Source: Schizochytrium sp. TIO01
Taxonomy: Eukaryota; Protista; Bigyra: Labyrinthulomycetes
Assembly: GCA_004764695.1 (NCBI GenBank)
Contig: SMSO01000034.1
Location: 3,286,001-3,350,000, forward strand
DNA length: 64,000 nt
Direction of reading: 5' to 3'
The notes beneath the pieces are model-generated. The model did not search any database and was not told the DNA's origin. It saw only the letters and a list, made by a program, of their open reading frames with translations. Both the position numbers and the translations under genes were made by a program. Positions 11,839 to 21,212 of the stretch are shown here, in pieces. Every line of letters starts with the position of its first letter. The first letter of the stretch is position 1.

Positions 11839-13890
11839 TTATCGACGATTGGTGCTACTACGGCCACTTCGTTTACTTATGGTAAGACTCAAACGGTGTT
11901 GCACAGCAGCTGCGGCTGCAGCTGCAGCTGCCGATCCTCCCGAACTATTTGATGGCCGACGTCTGGAAGGGCTTCGATCCTGATAGTATTTGTCCTGGAC
12001 TTCTTCGCTTTCGCTACTTGACTCTTCTTCTTGGTCCTCCAGCTCCTCTTCAACGTGGTAGTTTCGCGGCAACCTCTGCTGGGCTTTACTTGCACTAGGC
12101 TGTCCTGAGCTTGTGCTGCGAGAGCCTGCCGAAGATGCTTTGCGTTGTTGTGATACTTGTTGGTGAGAAAATGAACTTCGAGCTTGCTGACGGCCTTTCG
12201 GTGGTGCAACATAATCTTCTTCCTCCTCCTCCTCTTCCTCTTCGGATGATTCTTCTTCCTCACCGTAATACTCTCTTGGCTGCAGAGGCTGAGGTTGCTT
12301 ACGAGATGAAGCTTGCTGAGCTCTCCGAGCGTGAGAGGGTGCATGTCCACTACTAATATTGCTACCTGCGCTGCGTCGAGGGCCTGCAGGAGACCTCGAA
12401 CTATTACCAGTACGAGCTGGTGACTGAGTTTGTCTAGCCTGTCGAACCTGTCTAGGGGATACTTCCTCCTCCTCCTCCTCCTCCTCCTCCTCTTCTGAGA
12501 ACTCTGATTGAGATGTTTCTTCCACCTCTTGAAGCTTGGGTCTTCGTTGTTGTTGATGATGGTGATGTTTTTGCGCTTGCTTTGCGGAGGGTGCAGAAAC
12601 CTGCTCAGTTAATTTTGTCCGCTGCACCCGTTGGACACGGCGCACAGCTTTGTCTTCGTCCAAAGCCTCCTCCACAGAGTCTGCACGCGCTGCACGTGCA
12701 CTCGCTAGACGACGGTGAACTTGGGCGCTTGGGAAATTATCCTCCTCCTCTTCATCCTCAGCAGCATCTTCTTGGCTGTCATCCTCATCATCAAATACTG
12801 CCTCCCTCGCCCTTATAACTTGTCGAGAACCGTCATAATGGTCGTCGTACAGACTTCCTTCTTCATCTTCTTCGCTAACCTGATCCTCCTCATTATCGAA
12901 GTTCTCACTTATCTTAGCATGAGAGTTTTCAATCTCGTACTCACTCTCAAACTCGTTCTCCTCATCTTCATAGACAGCCGGTGGCTCCTCACGCTGGTGA
13001 CGCTTTGATTGAGCAGACGATTTAATTATAGTATCAGATTTTTTCCTGCTAGAGAGTGCTTGAGGTTTAGGGGCACGAGGAAGGGACTCTCTTTGCGGCT
13101 CAGAATCCTCTACACTATGCTCAACTTCCTTTGCAGAGCGTTGTGACGGCATGGAATTACGTGCGGGAGGTACCTTCCCACTACCATTAGCCATCTGCCT
13201 TGGCAATTTAGTACGGACAGTGCCAGGCTGTGCCTTGTCTTGTTTATCCTTATTAGTTGCTGGCGATGATGCTCTACCTGTAGCTAGGCGGTGCCTCTGA
13301 ATACGTTGTGACAATGACTCTTGGGTATCATCCGTCTCTTCGTCCTCGTCTTCTTCACTTTCGAGATACTCGTTCTGATCTTCTTCTTCTTCACTTGCTA
13401 CACCATGTGCTACAGAAGCTTCAGATTCATCCATAAAATTTTCATCATCCTCCACATTAGTTTCAAGCTCCTCCTGTGCGTGACGGTTATCATGGAATCG
13501 ATGGCTCTTTTTTGTCGAAGATTTAACGGCAGAAATCTCTATATCTCTTCGGCTCAAACCGCTCCGCTTCGTGCTACCTCGGATCACAGGATCATTGCTC
13601 ACCTCACTATGGACCTCTGAGCTTGTATCAGAATATCTTGTGCTAGCTGGGGACCGTTGAGCCTTGCGAATAGCATTTTTCTGTGATCTATCATGTGGAA
13701 CTGATTGAGAACTTGTAACAACCAAACCCTCCTCTTCATCCCCCGCTACGGAGTGAAGGTCACTGTGCTTTGCAGATTGTCGCGTACGAGAGCTACCGCG
13801 AGACTTGACAACATCCTTACTCTTCAGAGTCTCCTTGGGGAATTTTTCATAGAGGATTTTTTGGTGTGAGGCTGGACCAAAGCATCTTGA
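11839..13890 (-). CDS. Low-complexity acidic/Ser/Gln/Arg-rich segment, probably the C-terminal tail of the myosin reached by a -1 frame change
   Basis: This frame is open from 13890 to the stop at 11839 and overlaps the myosin ORF end. The ORF-track start is only a TTG. Its composition continues the D/E/S-rich myosin tail. The joined product would be about 1756 aa. Confidence 0.7.
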   Translation of the reverse strand, partial: SRCFGPASHQKILYEKFPKETLKSKDVVKSRGSSRTRQSAKHSDLHSVAGDEEEGLVVTSSQSVPHDRSQKNAIRKAQRSPASTRYSDTSSEVHSEVSNDPVIRGSTKRSGLSRRDIEISAVKSSTKKSHRFHDNRHAQEELETNVEDDENFMDESEASVAHGVASEEEEDQNEYLESEEDEDEETDDTQESLSQRIQRHRLATGRASSPATNKDKQDKAQPGTVRTKLPRQMANGSGKVPPARNSMPSQRSAKEVEHSVEDSEPQRESLPRAPKPQALSSRKKSDTIIKSSAQSKRHQREEPPAVYEDEENEFESEYEIENSHAKISENFDNEEDQVSEEDEEGSLYDDHYDGSRQVIRAREAVFDDEDDSQEDAAEDEEEEDNFPSAQVHRRLASARAARADSVEEALDEDKAVRRVQRVQRTKLTEQVSAPSAKQAQKHHHHQQQRRPKLQEVEETSQSEFSEEEEEEEEEEEVSPRQVRQARQTQSPARTGNSSRSPAGPRRSAGSNISSGHAPSHARRAQQASSRKQPQPLQPREYYGEEEESSEEEEEEEEEDYVAPPKGRQQARSSFSHQQVSQQRKASSAGSRSTSSGQPSASKAQQRLPRNYHVEEELEDQEEESSSESEEVQDKYYQDRSPSRRRPSNSSGGSAAAAAAAAAVQHRLSLTISKRSGRSSTNRR

Positions 13891-16800
13891 TCAGAATCGG
13901 CATCATCAGAAGCGGCAGAGACGGCTTCCCCGGGAACTTTTTCGTCACTTTCTTCATCCAAGTCAATTTCCCAGTCCTCATCATCATCACGAATCATGTG
14001 CTCAAAGTCATGGGGCCGAGGCTTCTTTGTGGATGGGATTTGCAAGGAAGAACCAGTAGGTGTCAACACCTTTGCCTTACCACTAGCTGCCAATTTGCTA
14101 GGCAAAGCCTTATGGGAGCTCTCCTGCTGAACATGTACATGTTGAGTACTATGTCCACCCTTTCCATTTGATGCACTTGCAGTCTGGATATCTTGCTGAT
14201 GTGGGTTGAATGGTGCAGCACGCCGAGTTTTCACCATAGGAAATCCGCCCTTTTGGATACTGGAAATGACACTGTCCTCGTGTGCATGATCAGAATTGCG
14301 ATCTGCTATCGCAGATGAACTCTTGCCGCTTTTTTCTTTCTTTGGGATTTGTTTAGCCTTAGGCTTAGGCTTGTATGAAAAGACGTGGCCTCTGCGTTTG
14401 AGCTCTAAAAACTTGCGTGCTGCTCGCTGCACAACGTTGGCAATCTGAGCAACGCGTTCATCTTTAAGAACCTCCAAAATAATAAATGAAAGCTGCCGCA
14501 AGAAAACCTTCGATTTTCCGAGTTGGTATTCTTCACCGTAAACAAGTTGAGCATTGTTTGCAATTTTCAAGCAATTGCGTTTTTGTGTTTCTAGATTAGC
14601 CTTCCGAGCTAAGCGCTCAGCCTTATACGGTGTTCCACGTTTTCCAAGGACTGCATATCGAATAAGAAATTCTGCAAATGTGAATCGGTAAGGATATCCC
14701 GCTCTCGTAACTTGCACGATCTGCAAGACACCACTATAGCGTAATTGCTCGACAAGGCGACGACGGTCAAGGTAGTCTGGGACATTCTCGTCATTTGGCT
14801 TCAGGCATCGCACGTAATGAGCGCTACTTGCACGGATCTTTTCCACCGCTACTTTCAGTTGCACACGAAAGTGAGAACCAACAGTAGTCTGTTGAAGTGT
14901 ACCGGGAGATTGAAGACTATTGCTGTTACGATGTGACAGACCATTGTGCGCTGACGAAGGTGATGTGAGTTCGCGCTGCCCTGCAAAGTTTGAACCAAGC
15001 TTTTGATCGAAAAATGAGGCGATATCAGCACCACCAGCTGCATCCTTAGCCTCAGGTGGAAGCAAGATTTGCAGTATCGAACTTCGTGACGCAGCTACAA
15101 GATCAACTGCTTCTTGACGTAGCTCGTTCTTGTTTTGAGCGAAGAAGCCATCAGCACTGTACACGACGTCTCCAGCATAATGGCGGACACGAAACTTGAA
15201 GTCTGCGGTCTCCTCCTTAGTTGGAGCCAAGAATCGCGTGAATCGGTCTGGAAGATGTGCCCACATTTTAGTTACCATCGTATGGTCATTGCCACCAGGG
15301 TACATGCAGTTTTCATCCATAAGAGAAAAAAGGCCAATAGGTTTGGATTCGAACATCTCAATACATGCTCCATTGTCTGGATATCTAATAAAAGTCCAAT
15401 CAATACCCTCCTCGTCATATTCAAGCTGGTCGCGCTTGAACACAGTTTCGTTGAAAAGGTTTTGCAAGGTCTCATTGCAATAGTTAATACAAAGTTGAGC
15501 AAACCCGTTTCGCTCAAACACCTCAAAACCAAAGACATCTAAAAGACCAATCTTATGCTGTGTATTGTAAATATGATCATCGATTTCCACCGTCATTTCT
15601 GCTTCCATGGCGCGTTTGCTCATGCGAGCCCGAGCACCCTTGTTACGTTTATCATGAATCGGCTCAGGAAGAATACATTGGTTCAGACGCCAGACCAACC
15701 AACCGAACATACGTTCGTACAAAGTCATAGCTAAGGCATCCCGGGCCAAGGCAGCTTCAGTCACTGTGAGCGACTTTTCAAATTGCTCGTCCGCTCGTCG
15801 TAGGTGAGCTGGAAGATTGCCACGCTGTGCAAGGTCCTGATCTGTACCACGTACACGAATCACTCGACGGCAAAGAGCAAACTCTAAGGCGTCAGCATCG
15901 ACCTTGAGAAGATCACAACATGCCTCGCATGAAAGCATTGTATCATCATCAAACTTAATCCGGCATGTTTGCTCATAACCAACCGCTTCAAAGCTCAGGT
16001 TACCAAGGTGAAGAATGCCAGCTGCAATATCGAAAATCTCGTCCACTTCCTCTTCAGACATTCCTAAGTCATACATCGCCTGTACTGTGGCCGCAAAATT
16101 ACTTGCATCCGAACTCTCCTCGCGTTCCATGAGATCTTTTTGTGTAATGAAGTTAAAAGTGTGGAGGGATCCAGGAATACGCCAGCGGTCGAGCTGCTCA
16201 TCAGTTCCACCTGCCGCCATCTCATAAAATACGTGGAAATTTCTTTCACCCTCAAATTGCTGTGTGATCCGTGCTTTCTCAAGCAGGTATGTGGTGATAT
16301 GAGCCCCCAATGTCCCACCACTCTCGGCGTCAAACTTCATCTCAATGAGCTTTCCGAAGCGAGACGAGTTCTCATTTCGAATTGTGCATGAATTTCCAAA
16401 GCTTTCAAGAACCGGATTCGACTGTAGCACGCGCTCAGAGATGTCGGTTCCCAATGCGCCTTTGCTTCTCCATTGACTCATTGCTGCCAAGCTCCTCATG
16501 ATAATTTTGGTGCTCTCAGTCTTACCTGCACCTGACTCGCCACTCACCAGAATCGTTTGGTTCAGACCCCCTCGCTCCATAATATCTTTGTAAACGGTTG
16601 CCGCGACTTTGTAAATGTGCGCCGGAAGATCTTCATCCGCAGTGGCACTTGCATAGCGCTTAACCACATCCTGTCCATAGAGACCCTCGATGTGTTTGAA
16701 GGGGTTAACTGCAAGCAGGATACGACCAGTGAACGTGTAGATTCTATCTTGAGCGTAGCGCTGTTCAAGAGCTTCAAGAAGCCCAGGTTCGTGAAGTGTA

Positions 16801-17108
16801 TCGATAGAAGTGAGATCTTCGACATGGGCGTAGACCTTTGCGGACTTGGACCTGCGGACCTCGCACTCCAACCTGGCGTCAACCACGCGAGTTTTGCCTC
16901 CACGACGCTTGAGCTCTTTGCCAAGCTGCACTACAATCCGGTACGGATTTGGCACGCCACTCAATGGGTCACGCAGAGCCTTGTTCACAACGGATGCGTC
17001 TTCGCGTGCACAAGTAGGTTTGTAGCGCCCCAAGATGATACCCTCCACCCAGGCATGGTCGTCGTCCTTCACCCAAACCTTGGAGCCCTTCTTCAGCTTG
17101 CGCTCCAT
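13824..17108 (-). CDS. Myosin heavy chain: SH3-like N-terminus, motor domain, IQ-like motif and start of tail
   Basis: Likely start MERKLKKGSKVWVKD (ATG at 17108). Motifs: P-loop SGESGAGKTESTK, switch I NPVLESFGNSCTIRNENSSRFGK, YLLEK, ERNFHVFY, switch II LDVFGFE, LCINYCNE, HYVRCLKPN, GKSKVFLR and IQ-like VVQRAARKFL. Confidence 0.95.
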   Translation of the reverse strand: MERKLKKGSKVWVKDDDHAWVEGIILGRYKPTCAREDASVVNKALRDPLSGVPNPYRIVVQLGKELKRRGGKTRVVDARLECEVRRSKSAKVYAHVEDLTSIDTLHEPGLLEALEQRYAQDRIYTFTGRILLAVNPFKHIEGLYGQDVVKRYASATADEDLPAHIYKVAATVYKDIMERGGLNQTILVSGESGAGKTESTKIIMRSLAAMSQWRSKGALGTDISERVLQSNPVLESFGNSCTIRNENSSRFGKLIEMKFDAESGGTLGAHITTYLLEKARITQQFEGERNFHVFYEMAAGGTDEQLDRWRIPGSLHTFNFITQKDLMEREESSDASNFAATVQAMYDLGMSEEEVDEIFDIAAGILHLGNLSFEAVGYEQTCRIKFDDDTMLSCEACCDLLKVDADALEFALCRRVIRVRGTDQDLAQRGNLPAHLRRADEQFEKSLTVTEAALARDALAMTLYERMFGWLVWRLNQCILPEPIHDKRNKGARARMSKRAMEAEMTVEIDDHIYNTQHKIGLLDVFGFEVFERNGFAQLCINYCNETLQNLFNETVFKRDQLEYDEEGIDWTFIRYPDNGACIEMFESKPIGLFSLMDENCMYPGGNDHTMVTKMWAHLPDRFTRFLAPTKEETADFKFRVRHYAGDVVYSADGFFAQNKNELRQEAVDLVAASRSSILQILLPPEAKDAAGGADIASFFDQKLGSNFAGQRELTSPSSAHNGLSHRNSNSLQSPGTLQQTTVGSHFRVQLKVAVEKIRASSAHYVRCLKPNDENVPDYLDRRRLVEQLRYSGVLQIVQVTRAGYPYRFTFAEFLIRYAVLGKRGTPYKAERLARKANLETQKRNCLKIANNAQLVYGEEYQLGKSKVFLRQLSFIILEVLKDERVAQIANVVQRAARKFLELKRRGHVFSYKPKPKAKQIPKKEKSGKSSSAIADRNSDHAHEDSVISSIQKGGFPMVKTRRAAPFNPHQQDIQTASASNGKGGHSTQHVHVQQESSHKALPSKLAASGKAKVLTPTGSSLQIPSTKKPRPHDFEHMIRDDDEDWEIDLDEESDEKVPGEAVSAASDDADSDQDALVQPHTKKSSMKNSPRRL

Positions 17109-19178
17109 ATTCACGCCACCCAGCGAGTGCTTTGGCAAACCTCGCGAGGGAACTGCAGACGCCGCAAAAGACCTCGGCAATTGGACTCTGCTCGCGTGCA
17201 CGAACTATTGAACACAATCAATCAATCGATCAATTAATTTTTTTACAATGTAATTTCCAATTCCTTAAGAAAAAAAAAAAGGAAATGGGGAGATGCACTA
17301 GCAGTAGTATACCTGTATGTGGTATTAGAGTACCTACCTACAACTTATCTCAAAAAGTATTTTAGAGTACAGACTCTGCAAGAACGTGTGTTGCAGTGCT
17401 TCTCTTCAAGTTGGCAAGTCCACTTCAGGAGGCTCGCAAAAACACGCATCATGGAAAAAGCAAAACCTAACTCACGCGATTTTAACATGATAACATGAAG
17501 GTGAAGTTAAGAGTGCGTGGGGATCGATCGACTAACTGATGTTATTTGTTTTGGGGCTATTTCATTCATTCTTTCATTCTTTCTTTCACTCGCACGTTTT
17601 GCAGGAATGAATACCTAAAAATGAACAGTTCTTGATTAGGTTCATAATGCAGACGGCTCAAAGTTTATTCTCAAGGCTGTCCATTGGGGCTATGTTTATC
17701 ACCATTTTTCCTCGTTCAGCTGGCCCACCTTGACAACTTCGGTACGATAGGTATTTGTTTCCTTTCTATATTCTTTCAAATTTGACTAATCCTATGATCA
17801 ATGAAAAATAAAATTGCTTCAGACTTTGTGGAAAGTTGACCTCGTGCCTCTAATACCAGACTACAATTTCACTAAAATTAACAATAAGTTACTCCTAATG
17901 CACGCTTCTTTGTGTACCATCTGTTATTTCTCCTGGGGAGGCCTGCGAGTTGACACCATTTAGATTAGCATGCCAGGACAGAGTTCGCAAGCGAAACGAA
18001 AAGTACGACCTATAAATTCCCCCTTTTCTTCCCTCCTTGAAAATATTGAATGTAGAGTAATCGTAGATCCTGAGATGTTGGTAGGAAGCAATACATGTGT
18101 ACGAAGGAAAGCAAAAATTACGTTTGGTCCAGTGAATGTTTATGAGAAATCAGAAAGGTTTTTTGCCCAGAGTTCTCTTGTGCCTACGCACAGCGCGGTA
18201 AGGAGTGAACATGCGACAGCGTATAACCCCTGAAAAGAACCACAAAATATGAAACTTCTAATACCTTGCAAAACTGGAGGGTTTATGTATTGATGAAATC
18301 GTTAAGAATCAGCGTTGTTATTGCTCATAGAACCCCAATTTCTAAACTTCAGTTCTTCGAAGGAATACTGGGCCATACCAACTTTAGGTTAGCTGCTATT
18401 ACATTTGCTATCAAAGTTTAGCGGAAAGCAATCAGGCTGCTATACCTGAACAGATAGGAAATCAAGAGAGAAAATTGTTGCTGTTCATTGACGCCATGAA
18501 CTAGTCACTATTAGCGCCTATCAAAACACGCAGGTAGGTTTGCAGATTCACAAAAGTTATTTTTCATAAAGTCTATGTAGGCGACGCGTTGTTCACGCAT
18601 TTATGTACCAAACATGATGTGTCATAGTATTGAGTCCTTTGGGCTTCAATGTTTATGAACACAATATAATGAATAGCCTCGTCTCGCGTTGATTTACCAA
18701 ATCCCGCATTGAAGCAACAAAGATAATATGGTCAAAGTTTAACTTTCACAAAAGCGAGGATATTATGGAAGTATGTCGAGTCACTGTGATTGCTCTTCCC
18801 ATAACGGATATCTCCTTCCACCATAGTAATGCCTTTTTCACTTTGTCCTTTTCTGTCTTTTCCACGCAAAAGAGACCTGTCAATATAAAGAATAGACATA
18901 CAAAATGACACAATAGAGCATAATGAAAAGAGTAGTAAACCCGACGCTCAGTTGTTACTACGCCTTTGCCTGTCACCTTATCATCGTGAAATTGAAAAGG
19001 AAGCGTGCACTGCAAGCGGTGCTTGTATTGCATCAATTCCTGTGTAAAAGATTCAACACTCGCTAGTCCAGAAGGGAGGAGAGCGGATGCTACTCGCAAT
19101 TTGCTTCTTTGTCGCGTTTTCTTGAGAAAGAGATTGCTTGCAGGGGAGTTCAAGCATTCTCTTGACCAAGTGAGCAAA

Positions 19179-21212
19179 ATGGAGATTATGTCTCTGTTGG
19201 ACCGCAGAGGCATGAATCGCCTGCGAACAGACTTTGAAAAGAGGCCGCAAGGCCTGACTCTAGAAGAGTTTGTCCAGAGAATTATCTTAAGGCTTCCAGA
19301 CCCTGGTATATCAGATATTGAGCTCGTTGCCCGACTGCAGGATTTATTTCATCAGGTTGATGTTAATGGCGACAAGCACATGGACTGGCAAGAATTTTCC
19401 AACTTTTGTGTGGAGGCAGGAGTCGCTGCTTCAAACATGTCTTCGATGGAAATTACAGAAAAGTACATTCAAAGGTCATTTATTGACTCCTACTCCCACT
19501 CTAGTGAAATTTTACAAATCAAATTTGTCCCAGAACTCAACAAACTATTTGTGTGTGAAGCTGGAAGTCAAACAATTAAAGTATACGATCCCCAGCAACC
19601 AGAATTGGTCTTTCTTCAAGAAATTAACCTTGCAGACGCTGTTATGGACCAATCAGAAAAAAGGAACATTGGATGCGTATTGGCGATTGAGTATCTTGTG
19701 ATTGGGTCTCGCAAGCTCTTGGCTATTTCAGCAACAAACATGACCATTACTCTTTGGGATGCAGGTATTTACGACGTTGCACAGGATGCTGTCCCGCGAT
19801 TTCTTGAACGTATAATTGTTGACAAACCACAATTCATTATTCGGCATGTTCCATTTATGGACTCTCTGTTTACCGCTGCTGCTGATAATAAAGTCATTGT
19901 TCACACCGTTCGCCATATCCCAAAAATCGAAGTAAAGGAAATTTGCACCCTACGACGTCACACCGACTTGATTCAAGACATCCTTAGCGTCGACGAACTT
20001 GAAGTAGTTGTCACAGCAGCAATGGACTGTAAAATATTTATTTGGGGTCGGGATCCCACGCAGCCAGTGGATAAGCAAATCTTGTGGAAATCTCATCGAT
20101 CAGGTCATCAAAAAGGAGTACGTAGCTTAGCCTACGCTGAAGGTGGATTGCTTTTGTCTGCAGCTTTTGATTTAGTTGTGCTAGCTTGGGATATTACTGA
20201 AATTTCAATGAGACCAGTCTTTCAGCTTGTTGGGCACACTTCACCATTATTCGGGGTCCGCATACTTCCAAGTAAGCAACATGCTGTGACATTGGATACA
20301 AGAGGTGTTTTTAAAACATGGGACATTCGTCGCGAAGGCAGTATTTTAGACAGCGAACGCAATGTGCAAACATTCACAATCGGGGCATCCTTGGATTCTG
20401 CTTCGAAGCTAGATGAAGATCTCCAATTTGCACCATGCGCTCTAGAAGTTGTTACTCCTTCAGGAACTCTTTTCGCGGCTAAAAACCGAATGCTCATTTT
20501 TGAAACTGCCCAACTGAAACCTGAAAAGTTTGCTCCCTCAGCATGTGTGTATAATCCTACGTCCATCACCATTGCTTGTGCAATACATCGTGATATCAAG
20601 ATTTGGGACGCACGGACTGCCGAGCTTCTCTGTCATTTCCAAAACATTATGGAGAGCGATATCACAAGCTTGAAGCTTGACTTTCGCAATCGCAAGTTTA
20701 TTACAGCAGATCAAAAGGGAAATGTAACAACATTCAATTACTTAAATGGGTCGTATATGAAAGATAACTCCTCGGATCCCCATGCAGGAGAGGTATCATG
20801 CATGGTATATGGATCGGAGGATAAAGTTATTGTGACGGGAAGTTGGGATAAAAGCATTCGAATTTATAATGAAACACTTCCAAACCAGCTAGGACCGCTC
20901 CGCCGAATTGTTGGAGCCCACAAAGGAGACATTGGGGCCCTTGCACTTGCGCATTCGCTCTCGCTCATTGCAAGCGCAGATGAGACAGGTATGATTCGAG
21001 TCTGGGACTTCCAATTCCTCGCACTGGAGGGCGAAATGTTTATCGATGCGCCGGTTGCAATGCTGGCATTTCTTGACCCATATCCCTTGCTCTTATCGGT
21101 TCAGCGTTCAGGTCTTGCACATATCTGGCCTGTTCGGCCTTTTGCTACCAATACTAGTCTACACCGGCACTGCTGCGCAACAAAGTTCAATTTGTGCGAG
21201 TTTCATGTCTGA
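19179..21212 (+). CDS. EF-hand plus WD40-repeat protein, N-terminal part (WDR49/WDR64/WDY-like architecture, possibly flagellar)
   Basis: ATG at 19179 (MEIMSLLDRR). EF-hand DVNGDKHMDWQEF. Multiple WD40 repeats, e.g. HTDLIQD...TAAMDCKIFIW, GHQKGVRSL...LAWD, HAGEVSC...TGSWDKSIRIY, AHKGDIGAL...GMIRVWD. Confidence 0.88.
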   Translation: MEIMSLLDRRGMNRLRTDFEKRPQGLTLEEFVQRIILRLPDPGISDIELVARLQDLFHQVDVNGDKHMDWQEFSNFCVEAGVAASNMSSMEITEKYIQRSFIDSYSHSSEILQIKFVPELNKLFVCEAGSQTIKVYDPQQPELVFLQEINLADAVMDQSEKRNIGCVLAIEYLVIGSRKLLAISATNMTITLWDAGIYDVAQDAVPRFLERIIVDKPQFIIRHVPFMDSLFTAAADNKVIVHTVRHIPKIEVKEICTLRRHTDLIQDILSVDELEVVVTAAMDCKIFIWGRDPTQPVDKQILWKSHRSGHQKGVRSLAYAEGGLLLSAAFDLVVLAWDITEISMRPVFQLVGHTSPLFGVRILPSKQHAVTLDTRGVFKTWDIRREGSILDSERNVQTFTIGASLDSASKLDEDLQFAPCALEVVTPSGTLFAAKNRMLIFETAQLKPEKFAPSACVYNPTSITIACAIHRDIKIWDARTAELLCHFQNIMESDITSLKLDFRNRKFITADQKGNVTTFNYLNGSYMKDNSSDPHAGEVSCMVYGSEDKVIVTGSWDKSIRIYNETLPNQLGPLRRIVGAHKGDIGALALAHSLSLIASADETGMIRVWDFQFLALEGEMFIDAPVAMLAFLDPYPLLLSVQRSGLAHIWPVRPFATNTSLHRHCCATKFNLCEFHV

